A stretch of DNA of 64,000 bases, from positions 447,579 through 511,578 of the forward strand of contig CAZLEV010000001.1 in assembly GCA_964558645.1 (NCBI GenBank), given 5' to 3'. A program made the translations under genes and the position numbers. This DNA comes from an uncultured archaeon. Lineage in GTDB: Archaea; Asgardarchaeota; Thorarchaeia; Thorarchaeales; Thorarchaeaceae. The notes under the pieces are model-generated. The model was not told the origin of the DNA and ran no database searches. It saw only the letters and a list, made by a program, of their open reading frames with translations. Shown one piece after another: positions 1 to 9,785 of the stretch (its first letter is position 1; each line of letters begins with the position of its first letter).

Positions 1-12
1 TGTTTCTATGTC

Positions 13-675
13 GTGACAGATAAGAAGACATTCTTGGCGAAGTCCCTGATATTCGCGACAGGCATGCGGGAGCGAGAGCTTGAGGTTCCGGGACATGACG
101 AGTTACGTAACCGCGGCGTGAGTTATTGCGCTCTATGTGATGCTCCGCTCTTCAAAGATAAGACAGTGGCAGTTGTGGGGGGAAGCGACGCAGCTGCAAA
201 GGAGGCTTTGCTACTTGCGAAGTATTGCCCAAAGGTCTATCTCATTTATAGAGGCAAGAAGATACGTCCTGAGCCAATCAACGCCGAGCGAGTCGAGAAA
301 GATAGTCGAATAGAGGTCATCACCGAAACCAATGTCACTGAGATTGTGGGGGAGAACCGAGTCAAAGCCGTGAAGCTGGACCGTCCTCACAATGGGTCGA
401 CCACTCTTCCAGTGGACGGGGTCTTCATCGCTATCGGCGGTATCCCTCGTTCTGATTTGGCAAAGAAACTGGGGGTTGAAACGAATGAGAAAGGTGAGAT
501 TATCATTGATAGAAGTAGTCGTACGAACATCGACGGCGTGTTTGCGGCTGGAGATGTTGTCAACACCGAGTTCAAGCAGGCCATAACGGGGGTTGGTGAA
601 GGTGTCCATGCTGCATACCAGGCCTATAGGTATGTCAATGAACGCGATTTCGTGTTCACATGGCAACAAGAGTAG
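13..675 (+). CDS. trxB: Thioredoxin reductase, C-terminal part (5' end probably outside window)
   Basis: GVSYCALCD redox motif, VVGGSDAA NADPH site, GVFAAGD FAD site. Confidence 0.92.
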   Translation: MTDKKTFLAKSLIFATGMRERELEVPGHDELRNRGVSYCALCDAPLFKDKTVAVVGGSDAAAKEALLLAKYCPKVYLIYRGKKIRPEPINAERVEKDSRIEVITETNVTEIVGENRVKAVKLDRPHNGSTTLPVDGVFIAIGGIPRSDLAKKLGVETNEKGEIIIDRSSRTNIDGVFAAGDVVNTEFKQAITGVGEGVHAAYQAYRYVNERDFVFTWQQE

Positions 676-698
676 ATCTGTCTATGTGCCTTCTTCAT

Positions 699-1343
699 TC
701 AGTCTATTGCATCATAGAGCTTGTTGATGAAGATCTCGGGGGTTGCCATTCCCTCGATGAAAGTTGTTTCATTCAACACGGTCTTGGGTACGCCGAAGAC
801 CTCGTATTCTTGAGCGAGCTCCTTGAATTCCAGCGACTCTATCATGTCTGCTCCGATGAGTGGGTTGAGGATCGCAGCCTGATTCGCCATACGAACCATA
901 TTGGGGCAATAGGGACACTGTGGCGTTGTGAAGACCTGAATACGAACTTCTCTGTCTATTGCTCGAATGTCCTCAACTATGTCTGGAGGGAGAGATGGAA
1001 CTCCTGTTGACGCATCGACAATTGTTCCAACCAAGGCCCCAAATTCGTGTCCAGCGGGAATACCATAGAACCGAATGCTGTATTCCTTTTCTCCATGCAC
1101 TACGATGGCTGGGATGAATCGCACTCTGAGCTTCTTGGCCAAAGGGTCGTCGAGTGACCCCGTATGTATTTCAACACTGATCTTCTCTGACAGCTCTGCT
1201 ATCTGTTTGGCGATTTCTCGAGTATCATTGCAGTACAGGCAATCGTGGTCTTTCAGAAAGACATGAAGAGTAACATCATGCTCGAGGTCGAGAAACATCT
1301 CCTGTACTTGTTCTCGGGTTCCTTCATCCATCTCTACAACCAT
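699..1343 (-). CDS. Protein disulfide oxidoreductase (two thioredoxin folds, AhpF-NTD/PDO type)
   Basis: CLYC and CPYC motifs, FYGIPAGHEF, GVPK cis-Pro loop. Confidence 0.9.
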   Translation of the reverse strand: MVVEMDEGTREQVQEMFLDLEHDVTLHVFLKDHDCLYCNDTREIAKQIAELSEKISVEIHTGSLDDPLAKKLRVRFIPAIVVHGEKEYSIRFYGIPAGHEFGALVGTIVDASTGVPSLPPDIVEDIRAIDREVRIQVFTTPQCPYCPNMVRMANQAAILNPLIGADMIESLEFKELAQEYEVFGVPKTVLNETTFIEGMATPEIFINKLYDAID

Positions 1344-1426
1344 TTAGATACCTCCGTTCTCATTCTCGTACACTGGGTGCTATATTGGCTTTGCTATTGC
1401 AAATATCTTTGGCGAGATTCTACGAC

Positions 1427-2500
1427 CTATTCCCAACGGATTCTGTTCTCTTCAATGAGTTCTCCGATGGCGAGTGGAAATTCATCTTGGTCTTTCAAGT
1501 TTTCGTCTGCAATGAGGTCAACATCTGCCGGGATTCCGAGGTCAACCAGTTCTTTGCACTGGAACAGAGGACCCAGGTTCAGCTCATCAAACTGGTTCTC
1601 CTGAGGATGGTTGGAGAACAGATAGACCTCTTCGAGATTAGTGCAATCGGCCAGAGGATTAAGGTCAATATCGGTGAGTTGATTGCCTGCAACATCGATG
1701 ACCCTCAGTTCCTTGCAGTTTGCCAGAGCACTAAGATCCAATTCGCTAATGCCGTTCATCGCCAAACCGATACGCTTGAGGGATTTACATTCACTGAGAG
1801 GACTTAGGTCGATTTCTTCTAGGTCGTTACTCCCTAAGCGCAAGATTGTCAGCTCTGGACAGTTTGCCAATGTGTCCAAGTTGATGCTTTGCAGTTCATT
1901 GTGATGAAGATAGAGGAATTTCAACCGCGTGCAATTACCGAGAGGAGTCAAATCTAACTGAATCAGCTGATTGTACATGAGATTGAGCTGTTCAAGATTT
2001 TTGCAGTGGAATAGCGGGCTAAGATCGATAGCAGCAATTTCATTATTCTGGAGGTCAAGGTCTTGGAATTTCGAGGTCCTCTTGAGGAACGCAAGATCTA
2101 CTTCAGTAAGCAGGTTATTGAAGAGCCGTAACCTGGTCAACGAGCTGCACGCTGCGAGTGGAGTGAGGTCAAGTTTTGCAAGCTTGTTCCCTCCAAGACT
2201 GACTTCTCCAAGGTTCCTCAGGTTGGCGAGGGGGCTGAGGTTTAGTTCCTTCAGTTCGTTACGTGATAGTTCGAGGAGTCGGAGACTAGCACACTCAGAC
2301 AGAGGGTTCAGGTCTAGTTCGGTGAGTTTGTTTCTTCGCAGAATCAATTCTTGAAGATTCTTTGCTTCTTTGAGAGGCTTGAGGTCAATCTCGGTCATGC
2401 CTCTTCCAGTCAAATCAAGGCTGTGGTCCTCTGGTTCTAGGTGTTCTCGTGAGACAGACCCTGATTTTTTCTTGAACTCAAGTTCGATTGAATCTTTCAT
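1427..2500 (-). CDS. Leucine-rich repeat protein
   Basis: About 12 tandem 22-aa repeats LxxLxLxxNxLxxLDLxPLxxC. Confidence 0.93.
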   Translation of the reverse strand: MKDSIELEFKKKSGSVSREHLEPEDHSLDLTGRGMTEIDLKPLKEAKNLQELILRRNKLTELDLNPLSECASLRLLELSRNELKELNLSPLANLRNLGEVSLGGNKLAKLDLTPLAACSSLTRLRLFNNLLTEVDLAFLKRTSKFQDLDLQNNEIAAIDLSPLFHCKNLEQLNLMYNQLIQLDLTPLGNCTRLKFLYLHHNELQSINLDTLANCPELTILRLGSNDLEEIDLSPLSECKSLKRIGLAMNGISELDLSALANCKELRVIDVAGNQLTDIDLNPLADCTNLEEVYLFSNHPQENQFDELNLGPLFQCKELVDLGIPADVDLIADENLKDQDEFPLAIGELIEENRIRWE

Positions 2501-2651
2501 CCTATGGACACCTCGAATCTAGCTAGAGGATGCGGTCGGGCATTGTGTTATGAATGTTGTTGAGTGTAGACCCCAAGGTGGCCACAGGGGATTCTTTTTA
2601 AAACACGGTTTCAGACGAATAGTGATTCAGACTTGGATGTGTTCTGGAAAT

Positions 2652-3011
2652 ATGACTACTCTTGGGATTCTTTTATTGACCGGGCCTTACACTTATCAGA
2701 ATAGTGAGACTCTCTATGAGCTAGCCAAGTCGGCCGTGGCGAAGGGGTATCACGTCAAAGTCTTCCTCTTTGTGGACGCAGTCCTCAACGCCAAGAGGGG
2801 GCAAGATGTCGACCCTGAAGTTCCGCTGAGTGTTCGTTTCCAGGAGCTCGCTGATCTGGGCGTAGTCTTTCAGGCGTGTGGATTGTGCACTGCCGCGCGG
2901 GGATTTGATCAACTAGGTACGGACTTCATTGAGGGTGTTGAAGTAACGGGGCTCACGGAGCTAGCAGAGATAGTAGGCGAATCAGATCGGTTCGTGACAC
3001 TTGGATTATAG
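2652..3011 (+). CDS. dsrE: DsrE/TusD family sulfur relay protein
   Basis: GPY, VFLFVDAV and ACGLCTAARG motifs; first of a DsrEFH-like trio. Confidence 0.8.
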   Translation: MTTLGILLLTGPYTYQNSETLYELAKSAVAKGYHVKVFLFVDAVLNAKRGQDVDPEVPLSVRFQELADLGVVFQACGLCTAARGFDQLGTDFIEGVEVTGLTELAEIVGESDRFVTLGL

Positions 3012-3019
3012 GAGGTAGT

Positions 3020-3373
3020 TTGTTGGAGTTCACAGAAAAGAAAGTATTGATTCTTATTCGAAGGCGACCGTTCGGTACGGTTATTAATTTCGAAGGTTGG
3101 AGGGCTGCGGTTGGTATGTTTGGTATGGATCATAGTCCAACTATTCTCCTCGTTGACGATGGGGTATATGCCGCATTGAAGTCGATGGACCAGAAACCAA
3201 TCAAGCTGTTCAAGTCCACCTACGAGAGCTTCGGCGGAAAGACATGCGTTAGCAAGGCATCAATGGATGAACGTTCAATCAGAGAAGACGAGCTTCAAGA
3301 GGGAATAGATATTCTTGATTCTGATGCTGTGGGGCGGGCATTTGAAGAGAACGATGTTGTAGTAACATTCTAA
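3020..3373 (+). CDS. dsrF: DsrF/TusC family protein
   Basis: RRPFG...EGWRAA, LVDDGVY, C-terminal VVTF. Confidence 0.75.
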   Translation: MLEFTEKKVLILIRRRPFGTVINFEGWRAAVGMFGMDHSPTILLVDDGVYAALKSMDQKPIKLFKSTYESFGGKTCVSKASMDERSIREDELQEGIDILDSDAVGRAFEENDVVVTF

Positions 3374-3386
3374 GGAGGCTAGTAGA

Positions 3387-3686
3387 TTGAGATTCCTGAT
3401 TTGGCTATCATCGGAGTGTACAAGCCTAGATGAGCTTGTGAATTCGTTGCGTTCCGGAGGAAATGAAGTCAGTGTGCTTCTGATTCAAGATGGAGTCTTC
3501 CTTGCAGATTGCGGATGTGTCCACTCCAGAGACTTGGCTGAGCTTGGCATTCCAGTCTATGTTAGCAGGTCTCATGCTGAGGAGCGTGGGATCCTATCGC
3601 GAATGATATCGGATGTTGTTTTGGTTGAGTACGACAAGGTAGTCGACCTTCTCATGGAGGAACACGATAAGATCATCAGCATGTAA
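3387..3686 (+). CDS. dsrH: DsrH/TusB family protein
   Basis: LLIQDGV and ERGI motifs, 99 aa. Confidence 0.75.
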   Translation: MRFLIWLSSECTSLDELVNSLRSGGNEVSVLLIQDGVFLADCGCVHSRDLAELGIPVYVSRSHAEERGILSRMISDVVLVEYDKVVDLLMEEHDKIISM

Positions 3687-3724
3687 GCGTCAAAGCTGAG
3701 TGCTTCGTCTCTGAAGACCTTCTT

Positions 3725-4132
3725 CTATCCTGACTCACCCGGGACAATCATCACTTGTCCGAGTAGGTCTCCCCTGAGAACAGCTGAACGAATCCTGGAT
3801 TGAAACATGGCTTTCATTGCAGTCCTCTTCTCATCAACGCGGCCGAACTCCATTGATCCGATGCAGTAGAGATGTCCCATACCATTGACACCCCAGAAGG
3901 AGTTTAGGACTATCGCATTTGCAGGAACCTCAATCGGACGGATGTCCAAGAGCTTTACTTCTCCTGCCTCGAAGTTTGCTTTATCAGTCGCAACAACCGG
4001 GACCAGTTTCACTCTGTTCCAATCGAGCTTCAGTTCTCTTGCGGCAAGGCCATCCACCGCAGTCCTCACACGGTCTAGTCCTATGGAGGTAAGGTCCTGT
4101 GTACATGAAATGACGTATATCTTATCGGTCAT
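3725..4132 (-). CDS. DUF22-like archaeal protein
   Basis: GEVKLLDIRPIEVPAN...RGDLLGQV resembles DUF22. Confidence 0.55.
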   Translation of the reverse strand: MTDKIYVISCTQDLTSIGLDRVRTAVDGLAARELKLDWNRVKLVPVVATDKANFEAGEVKLLDIRPIEVPANAIVLNSFWGVNGMGHLYCIGSMEFGRVDEKRTAMKAMFQSRIRSAVLRGDLLGQVMIVPGESG

Positions 4133-4315
4133 GAGTTGATTCTCCGCTGGACTTGAACAGGTTCGTGTAAACTGGTATGTTTTGGCTTAAGTAGTTAGCC
4201 GTTTTCTGCCGAGAGATTCTCTGATTGCGCGATGATTCAGGCTTACTGAGCCAGTTCATCGTGACAGAGAAGGATTTACATTCTGTTTGAGCGAGCCTTT
4301 TGCTAGCGTATAGAA

Positions 4316-5158
4316 ATGGTGACAGTGATGAACACAGATGAGATACTCAATTTGGCTCTAGAGATGGCTGAACTCGAAGATGTTCCGGGGGACACTGCAA
4401 TCCATGTTCCTGGAGAGAATCTGAAGCGCGCTCTGTTCGGCATAGACATGGATACCGCAGAACTGCTTCTCGCAAAGCAACTCGGCTACGACCTCGTTAT
4501 AGCCCATCATCCTCCCGGTGGTCGTTCGAGGATTCACTTCGAGGAGGTTGTGCCGCGTCAGATTCATCAGATGATAGAAGAAGGAGTGCCCCCGCACATA
4601 GCTGAGAAGGCCATTCAGCCAAGGCTAGAACTTGTGAAAGTTGGTTCACATGTCAGCAACTATGACCGTGTCGTTTCTGCAGCCAGACTTCTCAATATGC
4701 CGTTCATGAACATACATCTTCCTTTGGATATCATCTGTCGGCGACGGTTCAGCGATGCTATTACAAGAGTCGACAAGGAGCTGGAGTGTCCGAAGGTCAC
4801 TGATGCTATTGATGCCATGATGGAACTACCAGAGATGCAGATGGGCCTGACTGAGCCTGAGGTGTATGTCGGGTCTTCTGATAACCTACTGGGGCGGTGG
4901 GTAGTAGCCATGGCTGGAGGGACAAATGGTGGTGCTGACGTTGCCAAGGCATACTTTGACTATGGTGTATCTACTGTCATCTACATGCATCTCAGCTCCT
5001 CCGACAAGCAGAAACTGAAGGAATACAGTGGAGCTGGTAATCTTGTTGCCACCGGTCACATGGCCTCGGACTCTGTTGGTATTGCACCGTTTGTGAAAGC
5101 ACTGAGAAAGAGGGGTCTTGAAGTCACACCCATGAGTGGCGTTTTCGTGCCCGAGTAA
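4316..5158 (+). CDS. NIF3/DUF34-like metal-binding protein
   Basis: GID, VIAHHP, NIHLPLD and GHMASD motifs. Confidence 0.75.
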   Translation: MVTVMNTDEILNLALEMAELEDVPGDTAIHVPGENLKRALFGIDMDTAELLLAKQLGYDLVIAHHPPGGRSRIHFEEVVPRQIHQMIEEGVPPHIAEKAIQPRLELVKVGSHVSNYDRVVSAARLLNMPFMNIHLPLDIICRRRFSDAITRVDKELECPKVTDAIDAMMELPEMQMGLTEPEVYVGSSDNLLGRWVVAMAGGTNGGADVAKAYFDYGVSTVIYMHLSSSDKQKLKEYSGAGNLVATGHMASDSVGIAPFVKALRKRGLEVTPMSGVFVPE

Positions 5159-5187
5159 AAACGGTTTGAATCCCGAGAGCGCGTATA

Positions 5188-6075
5188 TCAGAGGCCTCGA
5201 TTATGACTTGGTCTAAGACGCCGCTCATCTCCTGACTCGATGGCGTCATCAAGCAGCTCTAGAAGCCTAGCTCGATCTCTGTTGAGTGTCCCGCGCAGAG
5301 GAAGGTAGTTTGAGGCATGGTTTGTTCTGAAGATGCAGTTGGACACGTCAAGATGACGTATCAACATCCTCAGTTCCTTCAATGTGTCGAAGGGCTTCAT
5401 GGATTGGAACTCACCCCTCTTGACCAGTTCATACATCGGCGTCCCAGGGGGAATCATCAATGTCAGTGCTCCCACGTATTCAGGGTCAATCCGGTTCAGT
5501 GCAATCGCGGTGGATACCGCATGCTGTTCTGATTTCTCGACCCCTCCCAGTCCAAGGATAATGGTGATTGAAAGTGGGATATCGGCTTGCCGAATCTTGA
5601 GCGATGCCTGGACATTCTCTTCTGTTGTCACTCCTTTTCTGACCCATCTGAGGAGCTCATCATCGCCAGTCTCCAATCCTAGGTACACTATTCCGAGACC
5701 TGCATCGCGTAGTGCTATGAGATCTCTGACTGACTTGTTCCGGACATCCTTTGCATAGGCATAGGTCCCCACTCTCTCAAGAGCCGGCAGTTCTTGTCTG
5801 AGAATCGCGAGGACATCAAGAAGCTCATTTGAATTCATGGCGAGGGCATTTCCGTCGGCGAGGAAGACCCTGCTTGTTCTGCTTTTCACACTGTGAGGAA
5901 GTGACTTCAGATCGCCCTGTATACCTTCGGCTCCCCTTACTCGATATCTCTTGTTTTTGTAAGAAACGCAGAAGGTGCATGCATTGTGAGAGCAACCAAC
6001 GGTGGCTTGTAGAATGAGACTCCGGGCTTCGCTGGGGGGTCTCCAGATGCTTCCTTCGTAGTTCAGGAATGTCAT
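5188..6075 (-). CDS. Radical SAM protein
   Basis: CSHNACTFC (CxxxCxxC), RPPSEA, NHASNY. Confidence 0.92.
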   Translation of the reverse strand: MTFLNYEGSIWRPPSEARSLILQATVGCSHNACTFCVSYKNKRYRVRGAEGIQGDLKSLPHSVKSRTSRVFLADGNALAMNSNELLDVLAILRQELPALERVGTYAYAKDVRNKSVRDLIALRDAGLGIVYLGLETGDDELLRWVRKGVTTEENVQASLKIRQADIPLSITIILGLGGVEKSEQHAVSTAIALNRIDPEYVGALTLMIPPGTPMYELVKRGEFQSMKPFDTLKELRMLIRHLDVSNCIFRTNHASNYLPLRGTLNRDRARLLELLDDAIESGDERRLRPSHNRGL

Positions 6076-6237
6076 GGATGATTCGAAAGAGCCCTCCGCA
6101 GTGCTATTTTTGTACGTTGCTCTCTCACCATTGAAGAAGCATCAGTACTACCAGCTCCAGCCAAGAGCATGGGCAAAGATGATTTGAAGTTTGGTTCGAT
6201 ATCACAGACTCTTTTTAGTGGAGAATCGTAGGACGAT

Positions 6238-6810
6238 ATGGTGATCAGAGTCGTGTCTGTTCCAGCTTACAAGCTACTACTAGTGGGCGATGCCAATGTG
6301 GGAAAGTCATCGTTGATCCGTCGGCTTCTTCTGGAGGATTTTGACCCTGACTACACCGCAACTGTAGGTGTTGACCTGAGTGCTGTGGCACTGAATGTGG
6401 ACGGAAAGACTCCAGTTATCATGACCATGATCGATTTAGGGGGCCAGTCCGATTTCACGGACCTCAGGACGCAATACTACAAGGGAGCTCATGGTGCCGC
6501 ACTTGTCTATGACCTATCCTGTCGTGATTCGTTTGAGAATCTAGAGACATGGCATGTGGAACTGAAGGAACACATCGAAGAGCCAAACGGGGTGTCGCTT
6601 CAGGGTGTCGTGATTGGTAATAAGATTGACAAGGCAGGTTCAAGAGAGGTGCCGCGAATCGAAGGCAGGTCCTTTGCAGAGAGTATTGGTTGGCCATTTC
6701 ATGAGACCAGTGCCAAGTCGGGTGAGAATGTTGAGGATGTCTTTGCGGCGCTTGCAAAGAGAATGTACGTATCCCATCCCCCTCTGAAGACCCGAGCTGA
6801 CCACGCCTGA
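6238..6810 (+). CDS. Rab-like small GTPase
   Basis: GDANVGKS, TVGVD, DLGGQ, GNKID, ETSAK. Confidence 0.92.
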   Translation: MVIRVVSVPAYKLLLVGDANVGKSSLIRRLLLEDFDPDYTATVGVDLSAVALNVDGKTPVIMTMIDLGGQSDFTDLRTQYYKGAHGAALVYDLSCRDSFENLETWHVELKEHIEEPNGVSLQGVVIGNKIDKAGSREVPRIEGRSFAESIGWPFHETSAKSGENVEDVFAALAKRMYVSHPPLKTRADHA

Positions 6811-6894
6811 CCCGCGTTAACCATTCCATTTTATAGTAGTTATCACCTTTCCAACCATCCTATCTTTAGTCTGAAAATGAGAGGTTGATTGGTA

Positions 6895-8322
6895 ATGCTT
6901 GAACTGCTTCAGGATTCAGTCCAGAAGGGAGAAGTCCTAGGTGCTGATTTCGTAGAATCTCGGTATGAGGATTTGACACTGCGGACTCTGCAGCGAAGTG
7001 ACGATACGTGGAAGGACATTCAAGTGAAATCACGTATGGGTTTCGGTATTACATGCTATGTGGATGGCGTTTCGGGGTTCTCATTCACACCCAGTCCGGA
7101 TAAGAGCGACGTGTTTACTGCTACTGAACGAGCCTACAAGATGGCCAAGGCCTCAACAAGCGCAGCGAGTCTTAAGCTGCCTTTTGAAGGACGACCAGCT
7201 GTGACTAGTAAGGCATCCGACTCGGTCAGGCCCAAGGTTCATCCGAGTGACGAAGGTATCGGATTCAAGACCGACCTAGTGAGTAGATGCGTTGATGAGG
7301 CTCGGAAATATGGAGAGAACGTCCGGAATATCCGAGGGCTCTACGGTGAGCTTTACGGCAAGAAGATGCTCGTGAATAGCGACGGATCTGAAATTGACTG
7401 GGACTTCTTGGTCGCCGATCTGAGGATAACCGTGACTTCGCGGACTGAAAGTGGAGCCATGGTGATGGGCCATGAGGGCCATGGTGGAAGTTGGGGGCTC
7501 GAGGAGTATGGGACGAAGGGTCATATGCCGGAGGATTTAGGGCGGGAAGCAGGGGAGCGAGCTACCGAGCAGTTGAAGGCCAAGGCCTGCCCCGCAGGGA
7601 AGTTCAGAGCACTCTGCGAAGAGCGGCTAGTTGGTGTCCTTGCTCATGAGTCGTTTGGCCACCTGAGTGAGGGGGACTTCGTAGTGATGGGAGCTTCGCC
7701 CCTCACAAATAAACTGGACACCCCTCTTGGTACAGAGCACGCAACAATCATCGATGGTGGTGTACCTGACATTGAGGAGTACGGAGGCCTCTGGGTTCCT
7801 TTTGACGATCAAGGAACACCCTGTAGCCTGACTACTGTGTTAGACAAGGGTGTGCTCAAGCACTACCTGCATAACCGAGGGACAGCTCAGAAACTAAGAC
7901 AGCAACCCACAGGTAATGCTAGAGCGGTCAATTTCACTTTTCCACCGATTCCGAGGATGACTAACACCTACGTTGCTCCGGGCGACTTGAGCGATGATGA
8001 AGCGCTTGAGCTATTGGACACGGGCGTCTATGCCATCCAGACATCTGGTGGCCAAGTCACGGGTGATGGCAGTTTTCTGTTCAAGGCTATACGAGGCTAT
8101 TGGGTCGAAAACGCCGAAATCCAGTATCCTATCCGTGAAGTTTCACTTTCTGGTAACATCCTTGAGCTTCTCGGAAATGTTGTGGGAGCGACCGACCAGC
8201 TGAGATTGTTCAGCGGGTACTTTGGGGGGTGCGGGAAAGGAGATCAATTCCCGCTGCCGACCGGTCTTGGAGGACCGAAAGTTGTCATTGACGATGTCAC
8301 ATTTGGAGGACAGTCTGATTAG
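6895..8322 (+). CDS. tldD: TldD family metalloprotease
   Basis: HESFGH.SEGD, PRMTNT, CGK...GGP. Confidence 0.9.
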   Translation: MLELLQDSVQKGEVLGADFVESRYEDLTLRTLQRSDDTWKDIQVKSRMGFGITCYVDGVSGFSFTPSPDKSDVFTATERAYKMAKASTSAASLKLPFEGRPAVTSKASDSVRPKVHPSDEGIGFKTDLVSRCVDEARKYGENVRNIRGLYGELYGKKMLVNSDGSEIDWDFLVADLRITVTSRTESGAMVMGHEGHGGSWGLEEYGTKGHMPEDLGREAGERATEQLKAKACPAGKFRALCEERLVGVLAHESFGHLSEGDFVVMGASPLTNKLDTPLGTEHATIIDGGVPDIEEYGGLWVPFDDQGTPCSLTTVLDKGVLKHYLHNRGTAQKLRQQPTGNARAVNFTFPPIPRMTNTYVAPGDLSDDEALELLDTGVYAIQTSGGQVTGDGSFLFKAIRGYWVENAEIQYPIREVSLSGNILELLGNVVGATDQLRLFSGYFGGCGKGDQFPLPTGLGGPKVVIDDVTFGGQSD

Positions 8323-8335
8323 GAGGTTCTTGAGG

Positions 8336-9730
8336 ATGGAATACGATTCAATAAAGGACGAGCTTATTGCGACAACGGACAGCGCTCTCAAGTATGCCAG
8401 GTCTCTTGATGCGGGTACAGAGTTTGAAGTGTTCGTTTACTTCAATAACTCTATGGAGGCTAAAATCGACCAGGGAATTGTTTCTGCAAAGGATGGAGCT
8501 ATCGCCGGTAACACCGTGCGCGCAGCAATCGGAAACACAGTGGGCTTTGCCTGCGCAAGTGGTGTTTCTGCTGAGAGGGTGAAGCTGAGTGTCAAAGAGG
8601 CGCATAGCATTGCTTCGTCTATCAAGGTAGAAGATGACCGATTTGAAGGCTTCTGTGATCCAAATGAGCCTGGAAAGGAGGGAAAGTTCCATGAGCGAAT
8701 TCTTGACCTTGGGACTGATGACTTGATCAAGGCAAGCGAATCCATGATTGAAGAGGCCAAGACTGCAGATGAGCGAGCCAAGGTCTTCAGTGCCTCTGCG
8801 TCAGCAAGCTATGGAGGATATGCGGTTGGCAATACTCGAGGTCTACTTGCTGCCACACGTTTTGGCGAGAACAGATGTATGGTGGATGTTCAAGCTATTC
8901 AAGGCGAGGAACGACGCAGTTCGTTCCGTTTTGACGTGGCGAGAGACCGACTCCTCGAGATAGAGAACCTGGGGAAAGAAGCTGCAGAACAGGCAGTTGG
9001 TCTTCTGGGCGCGAAGAAGCTTGACTATACAGGGAAGATGACTACTATCTGGCGTCCCATACCAGCTGCGATGTACATCCAATCAAGCTTAGGTAGGTCG
9101 GTGCTTGGACAGCCTGTAGTCGAGGGTATCTCGCCGCTCAGTGACATGATTGGTGACACAGTTGCTCACGAGAGCCTTACCGTCGTTGATGATGGTCAGA
9201 AACCCGAGTCTCTGGGAACGAATGCTATTGACTATGAGGGACACGGTCAGAAGAAGAACGTGATTGTCGATGGAGGCGTCCTGAAGGGGTTCCTGTTTGA
9301 TAGCTACTGGGCTCGTGCCTTCGGGGTTGAATCAACCGGAAATTGTACTCGAGGTGGCGGTGAGTTTGGTGGAGCTACACCGTATGAAGACTCTGTAGGT
9401 GTGACCGTCAAACATCTTACCATTTCTCCTGGAAGGCTTAGTCAAGAAGACATAATTGCTTCAATAGACGGAAGAGCATTGGTCATCGACGGCTTCCCTC
9501 TCGGAATCTTTCATACGAGCGTCGCCACTGGCGAGTTCTCAGTTGTCGCCAACGCCGTGTATCTCATTGAGAATGGTGAGATGAAAGGATCTGTTCAGCC
9601 AGTTTCAGTTTCGGGCGACTTCTATCGCGGATTCAAGAGCATCGCTCATGTTGGAAGTGATGTTGAAGTGGTGCCTTGGGCAATCGAGAACCCGACCATA
9701 GCCTTCGATGACTTCACAGTTGTTGGCTGA
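8336..9730 (+). CDS. pmbA: PmbA/TldE family protein
   Basis: Follows tldD; DYEG, STGN, TGEFS; lacks HExxxH. Confidence 0.85.
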   Translation: MEYDSIKDELIATTDSALKYARSLDAGTEFEVFVYFNNSMEAKIDQGIVSAKDGAIAGNTVRAAIGNTVGFACASGVSAERVKLSVKEAHSIASSIKVEDDRFEGFCDPNEPGKEGKFHERILDLGTDDLIKASESMIEEAKTADERAKVFSASASASYGGYAVGNTRGLLAATRFGENRCMVDVQAIQGEERRSSFRFDVARDRLLEIENLGKEAAEQAVGLLGAKKLDYTGKMTTIWRPIPAAMYIQSSLGRSVLGQPVVEGISPLSDMIGDTVAHESLTVVDDGQKPESLGTNAIDYEGHGQKKNVIVDGGVLKGFLFDSYWARAFGVESTGNCTRGGGEFGGATPYEDSVGVTVKHLTISPGRLSQEDIIASIDGRALVIDGFPLGIFHTSVATGEFSVVANAVYLIENGEMKGSVQPVSVSGDFYRGFKSIAHVGSDVEVVPWAIENPTIAFDDFTVVG

Positions 9731-9747
9731 CTTCGGTTGCGGTGTAT

Positions 9748-9765
9748 GAGGGCGGAAGCGCCCTC
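9748..9765. terminator. Hairpin between convergent genes
   Basis: GAGGGCG-GAAG-CGCCCTC followed by a pyrimidine-rich tract. Confidence 0.4.
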
Positions 9766-9785
9766 CTCTCATTCTTCTTTCGTGT

